Made by a program: the position numbers and the translations under genes | The notes under the pieces: model-generated | Seen by the model: the letters and a program-made list of their open reading frames with translations, nothing else | Databases searched by the model: none | What the model was told of the DNA's origin: nothing | Assembly: GCA_045639485.1 (NCBI GenBank) | Contig: JAZUDF010000066.1 | Span: 15,965 to 79,964 of the forward strand | Origin: Faecousia sp. | Lineage (GTDB): Bacteria; Bacillota; Clostridia; Oscillospirales; Oscillospiraceae | Length of the DNA: 64,000 bases | Direction of reading: 5' to 3' | In this document: positions 24,686 through 34,579 of the stretch, piece after piece | Layout: every line of letters begins with the position of its first letter | How positions within the stretch are numbered: the first letter of the stretch is position 1

Positions 24686-25488
24686 TCATTGCCTCCAAAG
24701 CGAAGATCCAGATCAACGTCGGTCTTGATCCCGTCAACCGTTCCCTGGTAGGTATATTGCCAGTATTTAGTCGCAAAGCGGAAAGACACCGTATCGTCAA
24801 ATTCCGCAAGCCAAAATACGTAGTCCTGCAGTTCATACAGTTTCATTCCGTAGCCGTACTTCTGATTAAAATAGACACCGGCATCGTAGCCGCCTGCCTC
24901 GATCGTTTTACAAAATGCCGCTGCAAAGGACGAAACGTCGGTCATCGTTACCCCGTTCAGCCGTTCGGATCGCGGTGTGCCTTCTTCCCAATCGTAAAAG
25001 ATCGGACATTCGAGTTTTTTACCGTCAAGAAGGTTCAGAACGTAACGTGCCTCTTCAACAGCCTCTGCCTCGCAGTTGGCCTGTGAATAGAAATAGACGC
25101 CGACTTCCAGTCCGGCAGCATGGGCACCGGAAAGATTTTCAAGAAACCGTGCATCGGTAAACAGTCCGCCGACGGTCGAACCACGATATCCGATCCGGAT
25201 AATTGCAAATTGGATACCGTCATCCTTTACTGCCTGCCAGTCGATTTCCTTCTGATGCTCGGACACGTCGATGCCGGTAACAGCACCGGGGTAGCTGACT
25301 CTGCCGTCGTTTTTTGAAAACTGTGAACTGTCAAGGGTGTTCAACGGTGCAAGATGAATGATATTGCCAACCTCAACATGCAGCACTTTTTCAAGAAAAA
25401 GCCCGACAATGACGCCAAGAAGCAATATAAACAAAATCAGCCAGATCCAAAAGCCGACATGTTTTTTCTTTTTTTTGCGAGTCGCCAT
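24682..25488 (-). CDS. Membrane-anchored glycoside hydrolase family 25 lysozyme (muramidase)
   Basis: An N-terminal TM helix, then GIDVSEHQKEIDWQAVKDDGIQFAIIRIGYRG and ...GVYFYS..., characteristic of GH25. Its stop overlaps the gtrA-like start by 4 nt. Confidence 0.8.
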   Translation of the reverse strand: MATRKKKKKHVGFWIWLILFILLLGVIVGLFLEKVLHVEVGNIIHLAPLNTLDSSQFSKNDGRVSYPGAVTGIDVSEHQKEIDWQAVKDDGIQFAIIRIGYRGSTVGGLFTDARFLENLSGAHAAGLEVGVYFYSQANCEAEAVEEARYVLNLLDGKKLECPIFYDWEEGTPRSERLNGVTMTDVSSFAAAFCKTIEAGGYDAGVYFNQKYGYGMKLYELQDYVFWLAEFDDTVSFRFATKYWQYTYQGTVDGIKTDVDLDLRFGGNE

Positions 25489-25589
25489 GTCTGTTCCTCC
25501 GTAACTTCACTTTTCCGATTATAGCATAAATTTCGGCCTGCCGCAACCTTCTCTATTTAACAGAAATGAACGGGAAACAGAAAAAAGAA

Positions 25590-25618
25590 TTGTACTTTTG
25601 GGCAGAATATAGTAGAAT
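25590..25618 (+). promoter_or_regulatory. Putative promoter of the capA-like gene (TTGTAC-17 nt-TAGAAT)
   Basis: TTGTAC at 25590-25595, a 17-nt spacer and TAGAAT at 25613-25618. Confidence 0.5.
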
Positions 25619-25650
25619 ACTGTTACTGTGTTTCAATTTCGGAGGTTTTC

Positions 25651-26949
25651 ATGTTGAAACTGCCTAAATTCTGGAAAAAGCCGGAGCAGTCCGAAGAAGA
25701 AGCCCCGCAGGCACAGGGCTTTATTCAGAAGCACTGGCTGCCGTTGAGCGTCGGTGCTCTATGCCTCTTGCTTCTGATCGGATACGGTATAAAAAGTCTG
25801 TTCTTTTCCTCTCGCGAAAGCGAAAAAGACTTACATACCTACGACTGCCGTGTCACGATTGCAGCTGTAGGTGATATCTCGATGTCTTCCGATCAGCTGC
25901 GAAGCTTCCGCACGGAAAACGGTTCTTTCAATTTCAGCAACTGTTTCCGTCAGGTCGCACAGACCATTTCCTCTGCAGATCTCGCAATCGGAAATTTCGA
26001 ATGCACGGTCACGGACGATCCCGGCAAAGTGCAAACCAATAATCTCCCCACCTCGTTCCTTGGTACGCTGGCCGATTGCGGCTTTGATTTTCTGCAAACT
26101 GCCAACTCCTGCACGATCCAAAACGGGATCTCGTCGATCGACACGACCATGAATGCCATTGAAGGCTACGGCATGCGTCCTGTCGGCACCTACAGATCCG
26201 CACAGGAACGGGCAAACACCGGCGGCGTGCAGATCGTGGAAGTCAAAGGCATCCGGATCGCGATCGTTGCATTCACCAAAGGCCTCAATAATATGCATCT
26301 GCCTGACGGATGCGAATACGCTGTCGACCTTCTTTATAGTGACTATGACGGCAACTACTCGTCGATCAACGAAGAAGGCATTGTGTCAACGCTTGAAAAC
26401 GCAAAAGCCGCCAATCCCGATTTTATCATTGCAATGGTTCATTGGGGCAGCGAAAATTCAACAGACATCAGCGAATCGCAGGAAATGATTGCCGATCTGA
26501 TGATCAACAACGGCGTGGACGTCATCATCGGATCGCATTCTCACATTGTCGGGAAAATCGAGCATCGTAGTGTGCAGCTGAAAAACGGTTCATGGAAAGA
26601 CGTCTATATCGCATACAGTCTCGGTGATTTTCTGACAGCGTCAGAGCAGTCCCGCACGCAGTACAGCTGTATCTTAAATCTGGAGTTTTCCAAAGACAGT
26701 CAGACAGGTTACTGTGCGATCACGGATATCAGCTATACACCCACCTACTGTATTTCCCCATCAAGAACCTATGGGACAACGGAATATGCCGTCATCGACA
26801 CGCTGAACGCAATCCAACTGCGTGACGAATCATATTATGATGCTATTTCCGAAGCACTGTGTGAAAAGCTCTACGGAACATTAGATGCATTGACGGAGCA
26901 GACAGAGTCGGACTACCAGATCAAAAAAGGTATTGTCCCTGAAGAATAA
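25651..26949 (+). CDS. CapA-family (PGA_cap metallophosphatase-like) membrane-anchored protein
   Basis: An N-terminal TM helix, with IAAVGDISM, MVHWGSENS and IIGSHSHIV motifs typical of CapA/PgsA-type proteins. Confidence 0.75.
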   Translation: MLKLPKFWKKPEQSEEEAPQAQGFIQKHWLPLSVGALCLLLLIGYGIKSLFFSSRESEKDLHTYDCRVTIAAVGDISMSSDQLRSFRTENGSFNFSNCFRQVAQTISSADLAIGNFECTVTDDPGKVQTNNLPTSFLGTLADCGFDFLQTANSCTIQNGISSIDTTMNAIEGYGMRPVGTYRSAQERANTGGVQIVEVKGIRIAIVAFTKGLNNMHLPDGCEYAVDLLYSDYDGNYSSINEEGIVSTLENAKAANPDFIIAMVHWGSENSTDISESQEMIADLMINNGVDVIIGSHSHIVGKIEHRSVQLKNGSWKDVYIAYSLGDFLTASEQSRTQYSCILNLEFSKDSQTGYCAITDISYTPTYCISPSRTYGTTEYAVIDTLNAIQLRDESYYDAISEALCEKLYGTLDALTEQTESDYQIKKGIVPEE

Positions 26950-26984
26950 AAAAAGAACTGTCCAAACGGACAGTTCTTTTTTTG
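26948..26984. terminator. Bidirectional intrinsic terminator (capA-like, and the convergent zinc-ribbon gene)
   Basis: A 10-bp stem AGAACTGTCC/GGACAGTTCT with loop AAAC, flanked by an A-run and a T7 run. Confidence 0.85.
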
Positions 26985-26992
26985 TTTACAAA

Positions 26993-27271
26993 TTAGCCGT
27001 TCTCGCGCATCTTTGCGAAGCATTCGCTGCAGTACACGGGCATGTCGGTTCTGGGCTCAAAGGGAACCTTTGCTTCGCCACCGCAAGCAGCACAGGTAGC
27101 GGTGAAGTACACTCTGGGGCCACGGGCGGCATTCTTTCGAGCGTCACGGCAAGCTTTGCAGCGCTGGGGCTCATTCTGGAAGCCTCTTTCAGCATAGAAT
27201 TCCTGCTCACCTGCGGTGAACACGAACTCGTTGCCACATTCTTTGCAAACTAAAGTCTTGTCTTCGTACAT
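26993..27271 (-). CDS. Small zinc-ribbon protein (two CxxC...CxxC units)
   Basis: CKECG...CKAC and CAACG...CSEC. This is a conserved small Firmicute protein type. Its function is unknown. Confidence 0.65.
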   Translation of the reverse strand: MYEDKTLVCKECGNEFVFTAGEQEFYAERGFQNEPQRCKACRDARKNAARGPRVYFTATCAACGGEAKVPFEPRTDMPVYCSECFAKMRENG

Positions 27272-27368
27272 TTTGTTTACCTCTCTTTTGGTTTTGCCCT
27301 GACGAAAATGCCATCATAATTGTGGTCAATGAACAGGGTCTAAAATATATTGCGAACGGATTGCTCCG

Positions 27369-27947
27369 TTATCGCCTGGATAAGATACCGGCAGCTTTTG
27401 CTTTGATACGCTGCACGGCATTGCCTACAGATCTCGCAGGCTTTTGAATGCTCTCGGCAATTTCAGAACACGACATGCCTTCAAGGTATAAGTCAAGAAT
27501 ACGTTTCTCAAGTGCTGAAAGAAGCATATATAACTTTGCAAGATATTCAGAATACTGCTCCCGATTGATCAGTTGTTCTTCAGGGCTGTCTGCAAGATCG
27601 CCGGAAGCAAGATATTCATCAGAATAATTTAAAATAGAAACGGATTCATTCAAAGGGGTATGCTTTTTGGCAGATGCAGCACGTACGGCAGAGATCAGTC
27701 TGCTGTTAATACACTTTGCTGCATATGTCGGAAAACTACCGACATCCGTCTGATACTGTCGAATGGCATTCAGCAATCCGATCATACCTTCCTGGACAAG
27801 ATCCTCATTGTCGCCGCCGAGCAGGAAAAACCTGCGTGCACAGGCACGAACCAATTTAGTATAACGTCCGATCAGGACTTCTTGTGCTTCCGTATTGCTG
27901 CTGCAAAGGAGAAGCAGATCTTCATCCGAAAGTTGATAAATGTCCAT
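27369..27947 (-). CDS. sigH: Sigma-70 family sigma factor, SigH-like
   Basis: DLVQEGMIGLLNAIRQY...SFPTYAAKCINSRLISAVRAASAKKHTPLN closely follows the SigH region-2 pattern. A C-terminal region-4 HTH is present. Confidence 0.6.
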   Translation of the reverse strand: MDIYQLSDEDLLLLCSSNTEAQEVLIGRYTKLVRACARRFFLLGGDNEDLVQEGMIGLLNAIRQYQTDVGSFPTYAAKCINSRLISAVRAASAKKHTPLNESVSILNYSDEYLASGDLADSPEEQLINREQYSEYLAKLYMLLSALEKRILDLYLEGMSCSEIAESIQKPARSVGNAVQRIKAKAAGILSRR

Positions 27948-27976
27948 TCACCATCACATATTTTCTAATAGAAAAT

Positions 27977-28004
27977 ATTATAGCAAGAAAAACAATGATG
28001 TCAA
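27977..28004 (-). promoter_or_regulatory. Sigma-A type promoter (TTGACA-16 nt-TATAAT) of the sigH-like gene
   Basis: On the minus strand, TTGACA (27999-28004), a 16-nt spacer and TATAAT (27977-27982). Confidence 0.6.
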
Positions 28005-28117
28005 CAAATCAGCATCACATTTTTGTGGAAAACGTAAAATTTGGTGGTAATTTACAATTTTTTACACTGGTTTTTTTGCAATATAAACAGCATAAAGGGC
28101 GATATATTTCAGTTGTT

Positions 28118-29155
28118 TCAGAGGGATATCTGCTGTTGTCCGACAAACGGAATGCCAAGATGTTCATACGCAAGTGCAGTCACACAACGTCCACGCGGCG
28201 TGCGGTTCAGGAAACCTATCTGCATCAGATACGGCTCATAAACATCTTCCAGCGTCACTGCCTCTTCACCGATTGTCGCGGCAAGCGTTTCAAGTCCGAC
28301 CGGTCCGCCAGCATAATTGGTAATGATGGATCGAAGCATGCGGCGGTCAATATTATCAAGGCCGAGCTTATCGATTTCCAGCTTCATAAGTGCCATATCG
28401 GCAGCTTCCTTTGTAATAACGCCGTCGAAATAGACCTGAGCATAATCGCGGACACGACGCAGGATACGGTTGGCAATACGCGGCGTTCCGCGACTGCGGG
28501 ATGCGATCTCCATGGCACCGTCCTTGTCGATCTGCATGGAAAACAGCGTAGCAGAACGTGTGACGATCTTGCTGAGTTCCTCGGTCGTATAAAGCTCCAA
28601 ACGGAGAGAAACGCCAAAACGGTCACGTAGCGGAGAAGACAACTGCCCTGCCCTCGTTGTGGCACCGATGAGGGTAAATCTCGGAAGATCCAGTCGGATG
28701 GAATTTGCAGAAGGGCCTTTACCGACAATAATATCAAGTGCAAAGTCTTCCATCGCGGGATATAGGATCTCCTCTACCGCACGGTTCAATCGGTGGATCT
28801 CATCAATAAACAGAATATCGCCGGGATTGAGATTGGTCAGAAGTGCCGCAAGGTCGCCTGCCTTTTCGATCGCAGGGCCGGAGGTCACACGGATATTGAC
28901 GCCCATCTCATTGGCGATAACGCCCGCAAGCGTCGTCTTGCCGAGTCCCGGAGGGCCGTAAAGCAAGACGTGATCCAACGGCTCATTTCTGCGTTTTGCT
29001 GCTTCAATATATACTGCAAGGTTTTCTTTCGCCTTTTGCTGTCCAGTATAATCGTCCAGCGTTTTCGGGCGAAGGGAAAACTCCGCTTCATCAAGCGGTG
29101 TCATCGAGGTCGTCACCAGCGGTGCATCATAGCTCTGTGAAAAATCAATGCTCAT
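28118..29155 (-). CDS. ruvB: Holliday junction branch migration DNA helicase RuvB
   Basis: Walker [16 protein letters not shown], and a RuvB C-terminal winged helix. Confidence 0.95.
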   Translation of the reverse strand: MSIDFSQSYDAPLVTTSMTPLDEAEFSLRPKTLDDYTGQQKAKENLAVYIEAAKRRNEPLDHVLLYGPPGLGKTTLAGVIANEMGVNIRVTSGPAIEKAGDLAALLTNLNPGDILFIDEIHRLNRAVEEILYPAMEDFALDIIVGKGPSANSIRLDLPRFTLIGATTRAGQLSSPLRDRFGVSLRLELYTTEELSKIVTRSATLFSMQIDKDGAMEIASRSRGTPRIANRILRRVRDYAQVYFDGVITKEAADMALMKLEIDKLGLDNIDRRMLRSIITNYAGGPVGLETLAATIGEEAVTLEDVYEPYLMQIGFLNRTPRGRCVTALAYEHLGIPFVGQQQISL

Positions 29156-29167
29156 CTGACAACCTCC

Positions 29168-29770
29168 TTAGGATAATGCTCTTTTACGAAGTGCATATCG
29201 GATCAGATCTTCCACGGACATCTGATCAACATCCGCACCTTTCAATGCAGAAGAGATCTCTGCCTGTGTAAATTCAAGGCTCAGCAGAGCGGAAGTAACC
29301 GCTGCGATCTTTCCGGTCTGTGCAGTAGATACCGTGGTATTTGAAGCAATTCCGCCGGAAAAATCAAGCTCCCCACCGATCTTGTCTTTCAGTTCGAGGA
29401 GAACTCTCTGTGCCACCTTCGGACCAACACCGGACGCCATCGTGATCGTCTTCTGATCCCCTGTCATGATCGCGAGCTTCAGTTGATCCGGCGTGGCAAC
29501 GGAAAGAATGGAAAGAGCTGCTTTCGGTCCGACACCGGATACGCCGATAAGCTTTTCAAACAGATGATGTTCCTCTTTGCTGATAAAGCCGAAAATGTCA
29601 AAGGCATCTTCTTTGATGTAACAGTACGTATAAAGACGGCACTCATCGCCGCGTTTGAGCTGTGCCTGTGTGTAAGTACTGACATGGCAGGCATAGCCGA
29701 CGCCTCCGCAGTCGATCACTGCAAGATTCGTATCGAGTACCGTGATTTTTCCGGTCAGATAATAAAACAT
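29168..29770 (-). CDS. ruvA: Holliday junction DNA helicase RuvA
   Basis: MFYYLTGKI...GVGY...GVSGVGPKAALSILS HhH motifs. Confidence 0.92.
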   Translation of the reverse strand: MFYYLTGKITVLDTNLAVIDCGGVGYACHVSTYTQAQLKRGDECRLYTYCYIKEDAFDIFGFISKEEHHLFEKLIGVSGVGPKAALSILSVATPDQLKLAIMTGDQKTITMASGVGPKVAQRVLLELKDKIGGELDFSGGIASNTTVSTAQTGKIAAVTSALLSLEFTQAEISSALKGADVDQMSVEDLIRYALRKRALS

Positions 29771-29774
29771 GGTT

Positions 29775-30281
29775 TTACTCCTTGTTTATGTTCTGTATTT
29801 GTCTGAGCATCGAGGACTGGGAACGTGCATGGCAAAGGGCGATCGCAATCGCGTCGGCGGCATCGTCCGGACGAGCAACCTCTTTCATATGCAGCATCCG
29901 CTTCGTCATTTCCATAACCTGATGCTTCTCCGCCTTACCGTAGCCGACAACGGCTTGCTTGACCTGCATCGGCGTATATTCAAATGACGGTACGTTGCTT
30001 TTAGCAAGTGCAAGCAAAATCACGCCGCGTCCGTGTGAAACGCCGATGCCCGTTGTGATATTATGCCCCCAGAAAAGTTCTTCCACCGCAGCAGCATCCG
30101 GCTTTGTGACCTCGATCAGACGCATCAGGTCGTCGTAAAGCATCACAAGCCGCTGCTGAAATGAAAGATCCGTCGGCGTGGTCACAACCCCGTATTGCAG
30201 AAGCTGATAAGTGCCGCGGTCGGCTTCGATCAGTCCAAACCCGGTCGTTGCATAACCGGGATCAATTCCTAAAATTCTCAT
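29775..30281 (-). CDS. ruvC: Crossover junction endodeoxyribonuclease RuvC
   Basis: MRILGIDPGYATTGFG... ATG 30279-30281 follows GGAGGAAT and overlaps the upstream stop by 4 nt. The longer track start overlaps chrA. Confidence 0.9.
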   Translation of the reverse strand: MRILGIDPGYATTGFGLIEADRGTYQLLQYGVVTTPTDLSFQQRLVMLYDDLMRLIEVTKPDAAAVEELFWGHNITTGIGVSHGRGVILLALAKSNVPSFEYTPMQVKQAVVGYGKAEKHQVMEMTKRMLHMKEVARPDDAADAIAIALCHARSQSSMLRQIQNINKE

Positions 30282-30850
30282 ATTCCTCCGAATACTTTGT
30301 AAAGCACACCGGCAGCAGCACCGACAAGTATAAAGAAAATCGGGTGCAGGTTCCGGAATTTCCACCTGCCGGCAGCGAGCACGGCAAACAGAATGATCGC
30401 AGGCACGAACGGGATATAGCCCAGGAAGCTATCTGCCGATTCGCGGAACAAAGCGATTTTCAAAACGGAAAAAACTGCTGCAGCGACCAGTCCGACAGAA
30501 GCCGGGCGGATCATTTTGAAGCATTTATCCACATATCGGTTTTCCCGAAAATGCTTCAGAATGCTAACGATCAAAATAATAATCAGCACGGACGGTGTCA
30601 CAAGGCCAACGGTCGCAATCGCGGCACCGAGCGGATTGCCGGTGACCGTCATGCCGACGTAAGTTGCCATATTGACACCGATCGGCCCGGGTGTTGATTC
30701 CGAAACTGCCAGCATATTTGCCAGTTCCGTTTCCGTAAACCACCCATACTGCGTTCCCATCTGACGCAGGAACGGGAGCGTGGCAAGACCGCCGCCGATC
30801 GAAAACAGCCCGGTCTTGAAAAACTCCCAGAAAAGCTGCAGATAAATCAT
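30278..30850 (-). CDS. chrA: Chromate transporter (short CHR family) subunit
   Basis: FFKTGLFSIGGGLATLPFL CHR signature. The ATG overlaps the upstream stop (ATGA). Confidence 0.8.
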   Translation of the reverse strand: MIYLQLFWEFFKTGLFSIGGGLATLPFLRQMGTQYGWFTETELANMLAVSESTPGPIGVNMATYVGMTVTGNPLGAAIATVGLVTPSVLIIILIVSILKHFRENRYVDKCFKMIRPASVGLVAAAVFSVLKIALFRESADSFLGYIPFVPAIILFAVLAAGRWKFRNLHPIFFILVGAAAGVLYKVFGGI

Positions 30851-31410
30851 TGTCTGGCCTCCTTCCACGCGAGAAAGACGCCAAGAAGAACTGCGGCAAG
30901 AATGATCCAGATCGGAGAGAAATAATTACCGATACTCGGAAAAAACTGCGGTACAAGGCTGTATAAAAATGCTGCGGCAAAGATCCCGTTGGCAAGTGCT
31001 CCTTTGACACCTTTGCGATACAGTTTGATCAAAGCGTCTCCGACAAGGACTGCAACCGCGACACGGATGCCCATAAATGCGTAAACGACGTAGGCATTGT
31101 CCGCAAAATTACGCAAAAACAGTGCAATGACAGAAATGATCAGAAACGACGGAAGCACGATTGCAAACGTTGCCAGGACAGAACCCAGTACGCCTTTGCG
31201 TTTATAACCGATATAAGTGGCAGTGTTTACCGCGATAACGCCGGGAGTGCACTGACCGATCGCATAACAGTCGAGAAGCTCTTCTTCGCTGATCCATCGG
31301 CGTGTCTCAACAACTTCACGCTGCAGGATCGGCAGCATCGCATAGCCGCCGCCGAAGGTAAATAAGCCGACTTTAAAGAACGAAATGATTAACTGTATAT
31401 ACTCATTCAT
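30847..31410 (-). CDS. chrA: Chromate transporter (short CHR family) subunit
   Basis: FFKVGLFTFGGGYAMLPIL CHR signature. This is the paired half-size CHR gene arrangement. Confidence 0.8.
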   Translation of the reverse strand: MNEYIQLIISFFKVGLFTFGGGYAMLPILQREVVETRRWISEEELLDCYAIGQCTPGVIAVNTATYIGYKRKGVLGSVLATFAIVLPSFLIISVIALFLRNFADNAYVVYAFMGIRVAVAVLVGDALIKLYRKGVKGALANGIFAAAFLYSLVPQFFPSIGNYFSPIWIILAAVLLGVFLAWKEARQ

Positions 31411-31591
31411 GAAGCACAAAGAAGTTATAGTAGAACAAAATCACGCCAATGATCACAATGATGGCAAGCACCCACGCAAGAACACGCTGATACAGCGGTC
31501 TGGGCACATAGGTCTGAGAATCCTTCTCTGCCTTCTTTGCGTATTCTTCAGCAGTAGCCTTCAATAATTCATGATTCATTTCTTCGCTCAT
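31403..31591 (-). CDS. Hypothetical 62-aa single-pass membrane protein, overlapping the first chrA start by 8 nt
   Basis: A charged N-terminus (EEYAKKAEKDSQ) then a TM helix VLAWVLAIIVIIGVILFYY. I recognise no family. Confidence 0.45.
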   Translation of the reverse strand: MSEEMNHELLKATAEEYAKKAEKDSQTYVPRPLYQRVLAWVLAIIVIIGVILFYYNFFVLHE

Positions 31592-31670
31592 CTATATCAC
31601 CTCATATTATATCATACCACAATATGTTTCGTTTTTCAGTAATTATTTTCAATAAATATTGATTATTTTC

Positions 31671-31708
31671 AGAAAAAAGCAGAGGCAGCACGGTCTGTGC
31701 TGCCTCCG
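31671..31708 (-). terminator. Intrinsic terminator after the aminotransferase gene
   Basis: The minus strand reads GAGGCAGCAC-AGACC-GTGCTGCCTC followed by TGCTTTTTTC. Confidence 0.8.
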
Positions 31709-31737
31709 GCAAGAAACATATTTTAACAGATTGTCAG

Positions 31738-33015
31738 TCACATATCCAGATACTGCTCAACCGCCGCCAGACGCAGGCAGACACAGAAAATTTCCATTGC
31801 CTGCCGCAGCTCCTCCACCGGAGGAAGCGTCGGTGCGATGCGGATATTGCTGTCATAGGGATCGATGCCATACGGGAACGTGGCACCTGCGGTCGTCATG
31901 ACGACGCCGGCCTCTTTACACAGAGAGAGTGTACGTCTTGCAAGACCGGGCTTCGTGCTGACGCTGACGAAATACCCGCCCTTCGGCTTCTGCCACGTTG
32001 CAAGCCCGAGCGGCTCGATTTCACGGTCGAGAATCTCGAGCACACAGGAAAACTTCGGTTTGAGAATGCCCGCGTGACGCTTCATCAGTTCCAGCGTGTG
32101 TGCCTTGTCTTTCAGATATAGAACGTGGCGAAGCTGGTTCATCTTATCAAACGAGATGATCTGATAAGACATCAGGTTTTCCAGATACTTCATATTGTTT
32201 TCACTGCAGGCAAATGCTGCAATACCGCTGCCGGGGAACGTGATCTTGGAGGTCGAAGCAAACTCGATCACCATGTCGGGGTTGCCGCATTCGGCACATA
32301 CGGAAAGCATATCCGGGAACGGGACGTAGTCGCCGTCAAATTCATGCACGCAGTAAGCATTGTCCCACATGTCTGTAAAATCAGGTGCCGCAGGTTTCAA
32401 AGATGCGATACGGCGGATCACCTTCTGGCTGTATACGTAGCCGTCAGGATTGGAATACTTCGGAACGCACCACATACCGCGAACTTCAGGATCTTTTACG
32501 AGTTCTTCCACCAGGGACATATCCGGGCCGGAAGGAAGCATCGGGACAGTGATCAGTTCCATGCCAAAGCTCTGTGAGATCTTAAAGTGACGGTCGTAGC
32601 CGGGTGCGGGGCAAAGCCATTTGATCTTTTCTTCCTTTGCCCACGGACGGGTGCTGTGCAAAAGGCCGTGTGTATAGGCTTTGGCAATAACGTCATACAT
32701 AAGCTGCAAGCTTGCGTTGCCGCCGACAAAACACTGTTCCGGTTTACAGCCGAGCAGATCGGCAAACAGAGCTTTTGCACTCGGCAAGCCGGACAGTGCA
32801 CCGTAATTGCGGGCATCCATTCCGTCGACGTCACACTGATCTGCATCCTTCAGCACATCGAGCATATCAGAAACAAGGTCAAGCTGTTCCCTGCCCGGTT
32901 TGCCTCTTGCGATGTTAAGGTTGACCTTCATTGCTTTGAGCTCTTCAAAACGTGCCGTCAGAAGATCTTTTTCTTCCTGCAGCTGTGCCTTGGTCAAATT
33001 ATCGTACTTTACCAT
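31738..33015 (-). CDS. Class I/II-fold PLP-dependent aminotransferase
   Basis: 425 aa with aminotransferase-like segments (...NPDGYVYS..., ...STSKITFPGSG...). ATG 33013-33015 follows AAGGAAG. Confidence 0.7.
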   Translation of the reverse strand: MVKYDNLTKAQLQEEKDLLTARFEELKAMKVNLNIARGKPGREQLDLVSDMLDVLKDADQCDVDGMDARNYGALSGLPSAKALFADLLGCKPEQCFVGGNASLQLMYDVIAKAYTHGLLHSTRPWAKEEKIKWLCPAPGYDRHFKISQSFGMELITVPMLPSGPDMSLVEELVKDPEVRGMWCVPKYSNPDGYVYSQKVIRRIASLKPAAPDFTDMWDNAYCVHEFDGDYVPFPDMLSVCAECGNPDMVIEFASTSKITFPGSGIAAFACSENNMKYLENLMSYQIISFDKMNQLRHVLYLKDKAHTLELMKRHAGILKPKFSCVLEILDREIEPLGLATWQKPKGGYFVSVSTKPGLARRTLSLCKEAGVVMTTAGATFPYGIDPYDSNIRIAPTLPPVEELRQAMEIFCVCLRLAAVEQYLDM

Positions 33016-33049
33016 CAGACATCTTCCTTTATTCCGATTTGATTGCCTT

Positions 33050-33078
33050 ATTATACTCCGAACTTTTTTGGATTGCAA
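33050..33078 (-). promoter_or_regulatory. Sigma-A type promoter (TTGCAA-17 nt-TATAAT) of the aminotransferase gene
   Basis: On the minus strand, TTGCAA (33073-33078), a 17-nt spacer and TATAAT (33050-33055). Confidence 0.55.
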
Positions 33079-33087
33079 TCTTTTATC

Positions 33088-34566
33088 TTAAAAAATCAGA
33101 CAAATCATCCCGTTACAGCCGTCATTGACGATTTTTGTCAATGCATCTTTCAGTTTTGTCCGTGCATCCGACGGCATCTTCGTGAGCTTTGATTCCAGAC
33201 CGTCATTGACAAGTTCAAAGACAGATTTCCCGAAAATATTACTTTGCCAAAGCGTATCGATGTCCGTATCATAGGCTTCCAGCATTTTCGCGGCAAGCTC
33301 CTGCGACTGTGCCTCGTTGCCGACCATCGGGCTGATCTCCGTTCTGACGTCTGTTCTGATCATATGGATGGCAGGTGCACTGGCTTTGATCTTTATTCCG
33401 TAAGTGCTTCCCTTTCGGATGATCTGCGGCGGCTCTAACTTCATTCGATCGGTCATTGGTTCTACGATGCCATAGCCTGTCGCCTCGGCCTCTTCCACCG
33501 CAACGGCAATTCTGTCGTAGGACTGTTTCACCGTAGCATAATCGGAAAGCAGGTGCATCAGATCGCCGTCATCATCGATCGTCAGCCCGGATTTTTCACT
33601 TAAGATCTCATAAAACAGCGTCGGTGAAAAAGTCAGTATGCAAGACACTGTGCCGCTGCCCAGGTCGATGGATCTGAGTGTTGCTTCCTGAACCTGTTCC
33701 ACTGCATTGATATCTGCAAGTGCCGTTTCTGCATCTGCGATACAGCTGATCTTTTCGCAGCAGGTTTTGAGAGCCTCGTAAAGGGCATCCTTGAGCGGAT
33801 GCGTTGCTTCCAGGGCAGCCAGCCACCCCGGATAAAAGAACTGCACCTCGGAAACCGGGAAGCCGAACAGAAGCGATTTCAGCACTTCTTTGATCTCCGC
33901 TTCCTGCATTGTCAGGCAGTTGATCGACAAACACGCAACGTTCCAACGCTCGTGTAGCTGCTGTGCAAGTGACTGTGCGACAGCACCGTCAGGCTCTGCC
34001 GAATTGACCAGCACAACAAACGGTTTTCCGGTCTTTTTCATGTCCTCGATCGCACGTGCTTCGGCATCTTCGTATTCCGATCTGTCAAGATCCGTCACCG
34101 TGCCGTCAGTCGTGATGACCAGCCCGACTGTGCAGTGGTCTTCCATCACTTTCTTTGTGCCGAATTCTGCCGCTTCCGGCATCGGCAGTTCACGGTCCGA
34201 CCATGGTGTCGTGACCATACGCGGCACGCCGTTTTCCGTTGCACCGGAAGCTCCCTCAACGATATAGCCTACGCAGTCGATCAGCCGAACTGAAAGACTG
34301 GCCGTTCCGTCAGGGGATATCACAACAGCTTCTTCCGGGACGAATTTCGGCTCTGCAGTCATGATCATTTTACCGGAGCCACTTTGCGGAAGCTCATCCC
34401 TCGTACGCTCTTTTAAAAACTCATCTGCGATATTGGGCAGGACGATCGATTCCATAAAGCGTTTGATAAACGTCGATTTTCCGGTCCGCACCGGCCCGGT
34501 AATGCCGATATAAATATCGCCTCCGGTACGTTTGGCGATGTCTTCATAGATTGTTTGCCTTACCAT
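33088..34566 (-). CDS. spoIVA: Stage IV sporulation protein A (spore coat morphogenetic ATPase)
   Basis: IYEDIAKRTGGDIYIGITGPVRTGKSTFIKRFME Walker A and a full-length ~492 aa, typical of SpoIVA. Confidence 0.93.
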   Translation of the reverse strand: MVRQTIYEDIAKRTGGDIYIGITGPVRTGKSTFIKRFMESIVLPNIADEFLKERTRDELPQSGSGKMIMTAEPKFVPEEAVVISPDGTASLSVRLIDCVGYIVEGASGATENGVPRMVTTPWSDRELPMPEAAEFGTKKVMEDHCTVGLVITTDGTVTDLDRSEYEDAEARAIEDMKKTGKPFVVLVNSAEPDGAVAQSLAQQLHERWNVACLSINCLTMQEAEIKEVLKSLLFGFPVSEVQFFYPGWLAALEATHPLKDALYEALKTCCEKISCIADAETALADINAVEQVQEATLRSIDLGSGTVSCILTFSPTLFYEILSEKSGLTIDDDGDLMHLLSDYATVKQSYDRIAVAVEEAEATGYGIVEPMTDRMKLEPPQIIRKGSTYGIKIKASAPAIHMIRTDVRTEISPMVGNEAQSQELAAKMLEAYDTDIDTLWQSNIFGKSVFELVNDGLESKLTKMPSDARTKLKDALTKIVNDGCNGMICLIF

Positions 34567-34579
34567 ATCATTGCCTCCT

